Below are positions 9,695 through 19,162 of a stretch of DNA of 22,205 nucleotides, piece after piece (the stretch's first letter is position 1; each line of letters starts with the position of its first letter). The stretch is taken from the NCBI GenBank assembly GCA_000388065.2, contig KB932212.1. One strand, 5' to 3'. Below the pieces are notes generated by a model. That model made no database searches and was not told where the DNA came from. It saw only the letters and a list, made by a program, of their open reading frames with translations. Source of the DNA: Fonticula alba ATCC 38817 (Eukaryota; Protista; Nucleariida). The translations under genes were made by a program, and so were the position numbers.

Positions 9695-11232
9695 TCACAG
9701 GAACTGGGTCCACTCGGCCTCGCGGGCGGCGAAGCGGCTCTGGAAGCGCCCGGCCTCGGCCCAGGCGTCGGCCAGCCCGGCACGATCGGCCGCCACACGG
9801 ATGGCCGACCGTTCGGCATGCGACAGGTACCCCGGGTGGAAGACCGTGATGATCTCATCGGCGCGCTGCGACTGCCCGGCACTGAACTCCCAGCGGCAGA
9901 TGTCATCCGAGTAGTCCATGAAGTTGTGGATGTTGTCTGAGCGGACAGGGCCGGGAAGGGGGGGGGGGGACATCCGTGTGTGTGTGTGTGTGTGTGCCAT
10001 GGATGGCCGGAGGTTAGGCATTTCCCAGGGGCAGCTGTGGGGCAGTGGGCCGAACAAAGGGGGGCCGGGGGGGGGGAGCATCCCGCGCGGGGGCCGTACC
10101 ATACAGGCCCGGGGTGCAGGACTCCGGCACCGGGGAAGGGCAGCCACGGGAGTTGGTCTTCTGCGGGGGGGTATCCTCGACGCGGTCGCTGCGCTCCGAG
10201 CACTTGGCCTGCCAGACATGGTAGAGCCCGATGTGGTGGCCCACCTCGTGGGTGCAAGTCTGGCCGTTGTCGTAGTTGGTCTGGCCGCCGCCAACCATGG
10301 AGGAGTGGTGGATCAGGCAGCCGTGCATGTGGCTGTCGGCCGGGTACATGAAAGCGAAGTCTGTGTGTGTGTGTGTGTGCGTGCGTGCGTGTGGGTTGTA
10401 CATAGAGGGGGGGGGGCGGAAGTGACACCGGTGTGTGTGTGAGCATACATGGTGGGGAGGGGGGGGGGGAAGCAAGGCGACCGCGCCGCGAGGGCACCCT
10501 CCCACCAGGGCGCAGGCGGGGCAGGGGCGGAGGACAGGAACGCACAGCACATGCCGAGGACACCGCCGCGCATCTCGCCGACATACATGTTCAGGTGGGT
10601 GTCGGTGCTGTTGGCCAGCTGCTTCTTGTAGATCTTCTCACGGGCAATCATGTTGTGGAACCAGCTGCGCCAGCGCACCGAGGCAGATGGAGGGGGGGGA
10701 GGGAGGGACAGAGGGAGGACATTGGCGCGTAAGTGGGAAGGCCTGGCACGCAGGCACCGGCGGGGGCGCGCACGTACTTGGAGTGGTCCACGAAGTTGAC
10801 GTTGGCAACCTCAAAGCGGAAGGAGGTGCTGTGGTAGCCGCCCGGGCCGCCGGGGTTGAGGCCGGCAAAGTCCTCGTTCATGATGTCGGTCTGGTGGTCG
10901 ATCATCCTGCGCCGGAGGTGAGGGGGGGAAGGGGGTCAGTGCCAGCAGAGCCGAGCCGAAGCAGGCGGCGAGGGCCGCCCGCCCTCCCCCCCGGGGGGGG
11001 GGGGGGGGGGGGGCAGAGGAGAGAGAAGGGCAGCTGGCCGGGCGAAGGGCGCCGCCCATGCAACATACTCGGTGGTGACATTCATGCCGCCGCCGGTGGC
11101 GCTGTCATAGAAGACATGCCAGTTGACCGGGATGGTGATCGGATCGAACTTGGTCGCACGGACGTGGACATCCTCGCAGATGCGCACGGTGCCGGGCTCG
11201 GCGTTGTTGCAGACTGGGAGCGAGAGCGTGGA

Positions 11233-11284
<52 letters not shown>

Positions 11285-11661
11285 AAGCGTGCGGGTGTGT
11301 CAGTGCGCGGGGGTGACAGTCGCGGCCCGGGCCCGGGCCCGGGAGGGGATGCAGCCCTGCGGTGGGGTGCGTACTGATGCTCTTGAAGCGGGCGACGATC
11401 TGGTCCACCTGGTCGGCATCGCGCTCGGAGATGACGGGAGTACCGCAGTGGGGCTCTGCATCGGGAGAAGAAAAGAGAACGGCCGAGGGGCAAGCGTGTC
11501 AGTGGCCCGGCACGAGGACATGCAAGATCCGGGAGGGTTATGGGGCAGGAATGGTGCACTGACGCACCGCCATTCAGGACATCGTGGAAATCGTGGGCGA
11601 GAGCCATCGCCCCGAGGGCGATGGCAACGACGCAGAGCGTCTGGAGGACCTTGCGCAGCAT
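9695..11661 (-). CDS. Secreted M43B (pappalysin/ulilysin-like) zinc metalloprotease, 7 exons (11661-11568, 11455-11375, 11213-11069, 10906-10778, 10664-10546, 10360-10100, 9936-9695), 356 aa
   Basis: Signal peptide MLRKVLQTLCVVAIALGAMALA; propeptide Cys-switch-like HCGT; ITIPVNWHV; zinc motif THEVGHHIGLYH (HExxHxxGxxH); D-x-V-x-DTP; Met-turn HNFMDYSDD. Six GT-AG introns are all phase-compatible and total 1071 nt. Confidence 0.93.
11236..11283 (+). repeat. 48-nt poly-G homopolymer (poly-C on the sense strand) in protease intron 2
   Basis: Direct reading; run length in draft sequence is unreliable. Confidence 0.85.
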
Positions 11662-12692
11662 CTGGGCAAGCGGCGGGGAGAGGACGCGCTCGGTGGGGGA
11701 GAGGAGATGGGCAAAAGAGGGAGAGGGGAAGGGGGGAGCAATGGGGCGGTGCCGTCCCGGCCAGGGCGATGGGGCCGGGCCACGGCGGCCTTTTCTCCCG
11801 GCGCACTGCCGCCGTCCCTCCCCTCCGCGCCGCCCAGGCGGGGGCCGGGATCTACCCCGTCCCGGCGCACACCGGAGGCCGGGTGCACGCGCGCGCGGAG
11901 GGCCTGGCTCCCGGGTCTCACGCGTCGGCCCGGCGCGCGCCATGTTCCCGCGTGCGAGGAGCCCGCCCCCGCCCCCGGGCCAAACAATAACACACGCCGC
12001 ACGCGCACCCGCACGGGGGGAGGGGGGGGGGCCGGTGCAAGGACAACCGTTGCCCCAGCGCCGTGAGGTTCCTCCGGCCGACGGCGGGGGAGGCCGAGCG
12101 AGCAGCCTCCCCTGGCTGGGATCGGTGGGGAGGGGGCCCGGAAAAAGAAAACACTGGCCATTCCCGGCGGGCCGCGTCCGACGACGAAAAAAACAGCCCC
12201 AGGCCCCCCCGGCGTCGCTGGGAGTCCCGCCGTCCCGCCCCCGGCGCCCGCCGGCATTCAAGTGATGCGCCGAGGCACGGGGCGAATCCGGCCCGAGTGC
12301 CGGGGGGGGGGGGGGGGGGGGGGCGGAGGGGGGCCTCTACGGTGCTGTTTCAGCAGCCCACCGCGGGGGAACGGCCGCGGCCACTGCCCCCTCCCCCAGG
12401 CAGCACAAAGCCGGCCTCTTCACGGGAAGCGGCTGGCCGTCGCACGCTGGCGGCGCGAGGGCCCGGCGCCGAGAAGAGGAGTCACGGCCCGCCCCGCCCA
12501 GCCCAGCCCAGGCACTAGATTGGGCCGGGGGCATGCCCCTGCACACGTATGTACGCACTCGTGGCCCAGGCCCGGCAGGCCCCTCGCCCGCGCGGCGCAC
12601 CCAGTGCGGCCGGCCGCCCGGCCGCCCCTTGGGCGCCATTCACCGGCCCGGCCCGAGCCCGCCGCCGGGGCCGCGCCTCATGGCACCGGCCG

Positions 12693-12862
12693 NNNNNNNN
12701 NNNNNNNNNNNNNNNNNNNNNNNNNNNNNNNNNNNNNNNNNNNNNNNNNNNNNNNNNNNNNNNNNNNNNNNNNNNNNNNNNNNNNNNNNNNNNNNNNNNN
12801 NNNNNNNNNNNNNNNNNNNNNNNNNNNNNNNNNNNNNNNNNNNNNNNNNNNNNNNNNNNNNN
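12693..12862. other. Assembly gap
   Basis: N run. Confidence 0.99.
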
Positions 12863-13043
12863 GCCCCCAGGCTATATTGCCTTCCTGGCATGTTGCGCGC
12901 CCATTTTATGCTCCAACTGGCTTGACCGGCCCGGGCGCAACTCAACGCCCCCCGGGCTCCGGAACGCCCCGAGGGAGAGAGCGGAAGAGAGTCCGGCGCG
13001 ATCAGCGAGCGCGCCGGGCGAGGGGAGCCCGCCTCTTTCCGGG

Positions 13044-13099
13044 CCGGGGAGCCGGGGAGCCGGGGAGCCGGGGAGCCCGGGAGCCGGGGAGCCCGGGAG
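13044..13099 (+). repeat. 8-bp tandem repeat (CCGGGGAG/CCCGGGAG x7) followed by a poly-G run
   Basis: Seven consecutive units counted directly; a G run follows at about 13102-13122. Confidence 0.9.
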
Positions 13100-14727
13100 C
13101 CGGGGGGGGGGGGGGGGGGGGGGCGAGGACCTACCGCGCGCCGGAAAGAGGGTTGGCACGCAACCTCCATCTCGGGCGGTCCACCGGGCGGTGTGACCGG
13201 TCTCGCACTCAGACATGTGATGTGGCTCCTGTGACGCGGCACATGATCTCAGACGGCGCCGCCGGCCGCGGGCAGCATGCGTCCTCCCGCCGAGGCGACA
13301 TTAATTCCCCGCCGGAGGGCGGTGGCCGCCGACGCCGGAGCCGGGGCTCCCCGTGACAGAGGTGATGTCATCTCGCCCCACCCCCCCCCCTCGAGGGGCC
13401 TCCCCGACGGTGCGCGCGCGCGCGTGCGTGCGTGCGTACCTGGGCAACGCCGTGCATCCGCCCGCAACGCGGGAGGCCCCCCTGCGCCCCGGCTCCCGAG
13501 CTGCCCCCGCCCTCTCCACCCTCGAACGCGGCCATCCGGCGGCCCCGCTGCGCGCCGCCCCCTCCCGGACGCACGCACGCATGTGCATCTTTCCTCATTG
13601 ATGCCTGTGTGCGTCGGCAGGGGGGCCGGGGGCGGGGGCGACCCCGCCGCGCGACAATAGTGGCACCTCCGCGCTCGGGGCCATGGCAGGCGACGACGCC
13701 CACAATCGGCTCTGGCGTGACGCGCACGTGACCACGCGGGGGCCGTCATTTGACCTGCCCCAATCGCGACCGCATCCCAGCGGACTTCCCGGGCGGCGCG
13801 GGGGCGCGGGGGGTGTTGCCGGCCAAGGCGCGACGGCGCCGAAAGTGGAGGGGTCGACATTAATCCGCTTCGTGGGGGGGGGGGGGGCGCCGCAACAGGC
13901 GCTGCCCCCCCCCCCCCGTCTCTTTGCCGGGCCGCCGGACACCGCGCAGGAGGCGCCCCCTTTGTGGGCGGGCCCACCCGAGGAGACGGAGGCGGGCATG
14001 GAGACGACACATCCCCCCCCCCCATCGATTGGGACTTGGGGCCCAGGCATCCGGAACCGCCGATCGTGTCGCCTTCTCCCTCCCCCGGGGCAGCCGGGAG
14101 CCGAAGCGGAGCTCTCCCGGCGCCGGCGCCCCCATCGCCGCCGCCACGGCCGATGACCGCCGCGCGTCGGACCGGCCCGGCGGGGCAAATTAATTTTCCT
14201 GGAGCGCGCGCGCGCGTGCGTACGTGCGCGTCCGCCCCCTTTCTGCTGCCTCCCCGGGAGCCCGTCGCGGCCGGGCACGCTCCGCCTCCCACGCCCGAGA
14301 TGTGGGTTGGCAAGTGCGCGTCCTCCGTTGGGGGTCTTCCACGCCCCCCGGCCCCCGCGCCCCGGTTGGCCGGCGGCCCGGCGAGCCGACGCCGTAGAGA
14401 TAGGCTCAGACCGGGGGGGGGGGAGGGGGACGACACCCGGAGGCCGGGCCCCTTGCCGCCCGGCCGCCCGGCAAGATCGCGCGCCGGAGAAAACGCCGCG
14501 CGCCGGACACGCCCACCCCGGAGCGCCCGCTACGTGTTCCTCCCTCTTCCCGTCTCCCTCCTCCCTCCCTCCCTTCGCCGCCAGCCTCCTCTCTTTTGCC
14601 CCTCCCGCCCCCTCTCCCGCCCCCTGCCCCCTCCACATATGTGCCCCACGCGCGCCGGAGGGACGAGCCAACCCACTCCTGCTCCCAGCGTGTAGTAGGC
14701 CCGCGCCTCCCGCCTCTGCCCCGTGCG

Positions 14728-15130
14728 NNNNNNNNNNNNNNNNNNNNNNNNNNNNNNNNNNNNNNNNNNNNNNNNNNNNNNNNNNNNNNNNNNNNNNNNN
14801 NNNNNNNNNNNNNNNNNNNNNNNNNNNNNNNNNNNNNNNNNNNNNNNNNNNNNNNNNNNNNNNNNNNNNNNNNNNNNNNNNNNNNNNNNNNNNNNNNNNN
14901 NNNNNNNNNNNNNNNNNNNNNNNNNNNNNNNNNNNNNNNNNNNNNNNNNNNNNNNNNNNNNNNNNNNNNNNNNNNNNNNNNNNNNNNNNNNNNNNNNNNN
15001 NNNNNNNNNNNNNNNNNNNNNNNNNNNNNNNNNNNNNNNNNNNNNNNNNNNNNNNNNNNNNNNNNNNNNNNNNNNNNNNNNNNNNNNNNNNNNNNNNNNN
15101 NNNNNNNNNNNNNNNNNNNNNNNNNNNNNN
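14728..15130. other. Assembly gap immediately upstream of the EXS exons
   Basis: 403-N run; the EXS start codon is not visible. Confidence 0.99.
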
Positions 15131-15235
15131 CCCCCCCGCGGCCTCCTGGCTCGGCAGCCTCCCCGCCCCCCGCTCACGCATGCCACTGATGCACTCGCTC
15201 GACCCCGCTCCCCGCTCCCCGCTCCCCCTGGCCAG

Positions 15236-16597
15236 AAAAACATCCACCGGTCCCTCTTCCTCGCGGCCTCCGGGCTGAGCTTCCTCTTCACCTGGTCGCT
15301 GATCCTCTTCGCCATCCTGCTGGACCCGGCCATCCCGGTGACCGTGCACCATGGCCTCCCGATCAAGGCCCTGATTGCCCCCTTCACCACCTTCCTGGCC
15401 ATGCCGCTGATCCTGATCATGCCGCTGGACATCCTGGGTCTGCCGCAGCGCCGCGGCCTGATGCGCAGCGCCAAGCGCGTCTTCCTGGCCCCCTTCTACC
15501 CGGTGCCCTTCTGTGACATTGTCCTGGCCGATGTGTTCACCTCGTACTCGCGGCCGCTGGCCGAGATCATCCTGGCTTTTGCCTGGATCTTCGGCACCAT
15601 CTTCCGCGTGGGTGTACCCTCCAGCCATGCCTGGCACAAGATCAACCCCTTCATCCTGGCGTGCGTCCTGTCCCCCGGCCGCGGGCCCGGCCACCTTCTG
15701 TGCCCATCACCTCGCCAGAAGGATGGATCGTCGTGCTAACCGCCTGCCTGCCCGCCTGCCCGCCTGCCTACCTGCTGATGGGATCTTGTCGAACTTCCCC
15801 CTCCCCCCTCCCCCCTTCTCTTGCCCTGTGCGACTCCAGCTTGCCCCCGCTGTGGCGTCTGCTGCAGTGCCTGCGCGCGTACCACACCGACCGCAAGCCC
15901 CGGCACTTGGCCAACGCGGTCAAGTACTCCAGCAGCTTCCCGGTCATCTTCATTTCCGCGCAGATCTCCAGCTTCCAGGTGGATTCGCCCTTCTTCTCGT
16001 ACTGGCTGATCGCCGCCTTCATCAACATGTCCATCAGTATCTACTGGGACTTCGTGCAGGATTTCGGCCTCTGCTACTTCCACAGCGGTGTCAAGTATCC
16101 CGGCCTCCGGACGTACCTCATTTACCGGGTACGTGCTGGCCCCCCCCCCCCTCGCTGGCCGAAGCCGCGTCCTCCGTGTCCCGGAGTTTCTTCAACTTCC
16201 TCTGCCCCACCATCCGCGGCGGGGCCCTCAACCCGCAGAGCGTCGGCCGACTCATCGCCCTGCTGACCCTGGGAGCCATCGCCACTGGGTCGGTCTTCTT
16301 TTTCTGGCTCCGGCGCACGCTACCCTACTACCCGGCGGTGCGCCCGGTCACCCGCTTTCCCCGCGCGCGCGCATACACTCCCCCCCTCGACCACCTGTGC
16401 CCGCGATTCTGACGCCCCCTCCCCCGCGCGCAGGAAACCGTCGCCGCATTCTACGAGGCTCTGGCCACCTTCTACCGGCCGGTATTCTTCGTCATCCTGG
16501 CCATCTGGTGTGCCGGGCTGAATGCGCACTTCCTCAATCGCTCTGGCATCAGTCTCAGCTTGGCCTTCCAGATTGAAACCCTCTATGTGGTACGGGT

Positions 16598-16635
<38 letters not shown>

Positions 16636-17360
16636 NNNNNNNNNNNNNNNNNNNNNNNNNNNNNNNNNNNNNNNNNNNNNNNNNNNNNNNNNNNNNNNNN
16701 NNNNNNNNNNNNNNNNGTGCCTGCACACAGGCATGCACACCGCCGCGCAGCCATCCCGAGCCATGCCGGCAAGGTCTGACTCCCCCCCCCCCCCCCCCCC
16801 CAATGATAGCACCCCTGGATGTATTACATGGCCATGGCTTTCGACTTTGCCGCGCGCGCCGCGTGGTCCTACCGGCTGACGACCTCCTTCAAGGACTTCC
16901 CCGAAGCCAGGTGCGCCCCCGACCTTCCTCCGTGGCGAGCGTGGCGACCGGGGGAGGGTGGTCTCCCCCTCGCCGCCTGGCTTTTTTTCCCCCCCCCCGC
17001 ACTTTCGCACCCAGCTAACCAGTGGCCCTCCCCCCGGGTGGCCGGGCGGCAACACCCCCTGCGGCAACCAGTGTCCTGCTTCTCCAGACCATCGAGTCCT
17101 TCCGCCGGTGCATCTGGATCTTCTTCCGCGTGGAGCACCGCATGCTGGCGGACAATCTCTTCCGCAAGGAGATCCTGCTGCAGCCGGGCGCCGGCGGGCC
17201 CCAGCGGCCCATGCCGAGCCTGTCCAGTGCCAATGCCCACTCGGAGGGCACCGGCGCCACGCCACTCATCATCTCCACCGGGGCCGGGCTCGGGGCCCAT
17301 GCGCACGACTCGCCCGGTGGGTCGCCCCTCGCCGAGGCGCCCCTGCCCCACTGGAACTGA
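15236..17360 (+). CDS. EXS-family (ERD1/XPR1/SYG1-like) multipass membrane protein, 5'-incomplete; collinear exons 15236-15660, 15840-16128, 16810-16910, 17072-17360
   Basis: EXS motifs: RVFLAPFYPVPFCDIVLADVFTSYSRPL, LPPLWRLLQCLRAY...HLANAVKYS, YWDFVQDFGL, LRTYLIYR-HPWMYYMAMAFDFAARAAWS, ESFRRCIWIFFRVEH. All three introns are phase-compatible; stop TGA at 17358-17360. Confidence 0.9.
16152..16589 (+). CDS. Two displaced N-terminal EXS exons (about 16152-16337 and 16434-16589) inside the 16129-16809 intron
   Basis: They encode ...VGRLIALLTLGAIATGSVFFFWLRRTLPYYPA-ETVAAFYEALATFYRPVFFVILAIWCAGLNAHFLNRSGISLSLAFQIETLYV. A 96-nt phase-0 intron (GTGCGC...CTGAC...CAG) separates them. The phase-0 donor GTACGG at 16590 fits the phase-0 acceptor at 15235. 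Confidence 0.75.
16636..16716. other. Assembly gap preceded by a 36-nt poly-C
   Basis: N run following C36 (16600-16635). Confidence 0.99.
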
Positions 17361-18327
17361 TGCGCGCGGGGCCTGGCCGGACTTTCGCCCTCTCTTCCTC
17401 TCGGCTGGAGGAAAAGGATCCCCCCGCCTCCCAGCCGCATGCGCGCCATAGACGCCCCCCTCCCCCCCTCCCCCCCTGTACAATAATACCACCACTGCCC
17501 CCGAATGCTGGCCCGGCACCACGACGTTTCCCCCATCGCCCCCGGGGCCACGGCCAGGGCGACATGCATCGGCGATAGCGCGCGCACACACACGCACGCA
17601 TGTATGCGAGAGTATGGTGAAGGCCTGCCGAAGGATCTTGTGTACGTTTAAGATGTATTGCGGGGCAGGGGAGAGGAGGGGGGTGCTGGGGGCGGAGACA
17701 CGGCAAGAAGCGGCGCCCCCTCGGGGAAGAGGGGAGACGTCCGCGCCTCCGGAAAAGCGAGTGAGAAGATCCCCCCCTCTCCGGCCGGAGGAGGGTATTG
17801 TGGGAGCTCCTCCCGGTGATGAGGTGGAGAGTCGGGGCAAGGGCATTGGGTGGGAGGGGGGAGGAGAGCAAGACGACCGCGTGTGTGAAGGCCATCGGGC
17901 ACGCACAGACACCCACTCAGCAGGGAGCAGGGCAAGTGACCGATGTGGATGTGGGCGGGCGGGCGTGTGTAGGCACGTATGGGTGCGTGGCGCGCCCGTG
18001 TGTGAAGGGATGCGGCCGCGGGGGGGGGGGGAGGAGGCAAAAAGCGCCCCTGGCCGTCCTCCTCTGATGGGCGGCAGTATATAGGGAAGATGAACACATG
18101 CCTACGGCCCCCTCTCCTCTGCAGGTCTGGCCCCCGAGGGAGAGAGAGAGAGAGAGAGGCATGGGGAGATGAGAGCAGGTCCCGGCGGCCGCCGCATGCT
18201 CAAAGACACACGCGCACATGCCGCCCTGCCCTCTCCTGGGCTCCCGCGCGCGCACAGCCATACACACACACACATGCGCACACATGCGCACACATGCGCA
18301 CGCCTTCACGCGTCCCTGTGGTGTCCC

Positions 18328-19162
18328 TTAGATGTCGCTGAGCAGGGTGTCAAAGTCCTGGTCCGGGGAGACGTAGACCGCCTCGCCGGCAAAGGAGCCC
18401 TTCGGCGGGGGGGTCTGGGTGCAGTTGTAGCACCGGCCCGGGGCCGGGACATTGGTGTCCAGGCAGAAGCCGGGCTTGCACATGCTGTAGCACCGGGCGG
18501 CCTTGGTGTCGGGGAGAGTGATATTCTGGTACCAGAAGCCGTTCGGGCTGTGAAGAGAGCGGGGGGGGGGGGGGGGCAAGGGGGGAACGGGGAAGAACCG
18601 GTCCGCTGGTCAGAGCGACAAGCAGGGGCAAGCACAAGAGGCCACATGCAGCGGCGCCGGGACAGGCCCGGCTGGCACGCACCAGAGGGCGTTGTAGTCG
18701 GTGGGCTTGTAGGAGAAGTAGATGAACCCGACGATGACCATGACCAGCTGCACCAGCCAGAAGACCGCGATGAAGTACTTGAACTTGGGGTCCAGATCAC
18801 CGGCGCGGTACCAGCGCCACAGGAGCAGGACCAGCGCCAGGAAGGCCAGGAGGCCGATACCAAGACCAAAGTGGATGCCATTCTGCGAGATGCCGCTGGT
18901 GATGGACATGATGAAGGCGGCCTGTGCGTGCGCGTGCGCGTGCGCGTGCGGGAGATGATGCGCAAGGTTAGAGAGCGGGCGGCGCGTGGGCCGGTGTCCA
19001 TGCCGCCGCCGCCGCCGAGCGGGCACGCGCGGGCGGCCGGGCGGCAGCCGGAGCAGTGGCGCATGCACGCACCAGGGTGCTGGCAGTCAGGGCACCGATG
19101 GCCAGGTACTGGAACCATTTCTCCTTGCGAGACTCCTCGCCGAAGAGGGGTGGGGCGTCCAT
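18328..19162 (-). CDS. TMEM243: TMEM243-like 3-TM protein with a Cys-rich C-terminal extension, 3 exons (19162-19073, 18921-18683, 18547-18328), 182 aa
   Basis: PPLFGEESRKEK and WYRAGDLDPKFKYFI match my recollection of human TMEM243 (RPLFGETSAKDR, WYRQGDLEPKFRKLI). Three hydrophobic segments; both introns are GTGCGT...CAG and in phase, 549 nt in total. Confidence 0.85.

Noticed and set aside
13044-13099. Repeat arrays as CRISPR
   Set aside because: No unique spacers; simple tandem repeats in a eukaryotic genome.
13190-13260. Possible C/D snoRNA (GTGATGT near a C-box consensus)
   Set aside because: No proper RTGATGA box, no paired CTGA D box and no terminal stem.
13212-13732. E-box-like motifs (CATGTGA about 13215, CACATGA about 13240, CACGTG 13725-13730; CACATGA also near 4620) as Pho4 or MITF/TFE sites
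   Set aside because: Short CG-rich words are expected by chance at this composition; no conservation or expression data.
12262-14727. Many 100-700 aa ORFs between the protease and EXS genes
   Set aside because: Expected from stop-codon scarcity at this GC content; no family motifs or supportable exon chains.
16129-16433. Splicing the displaced exons in the printed order (16128 into 16434)
   Set aside because: Phase would allow it, but it would insert N-terminal helices into the conserved LR..LIY-HPW.YY segment of EXS and break family collinearity.
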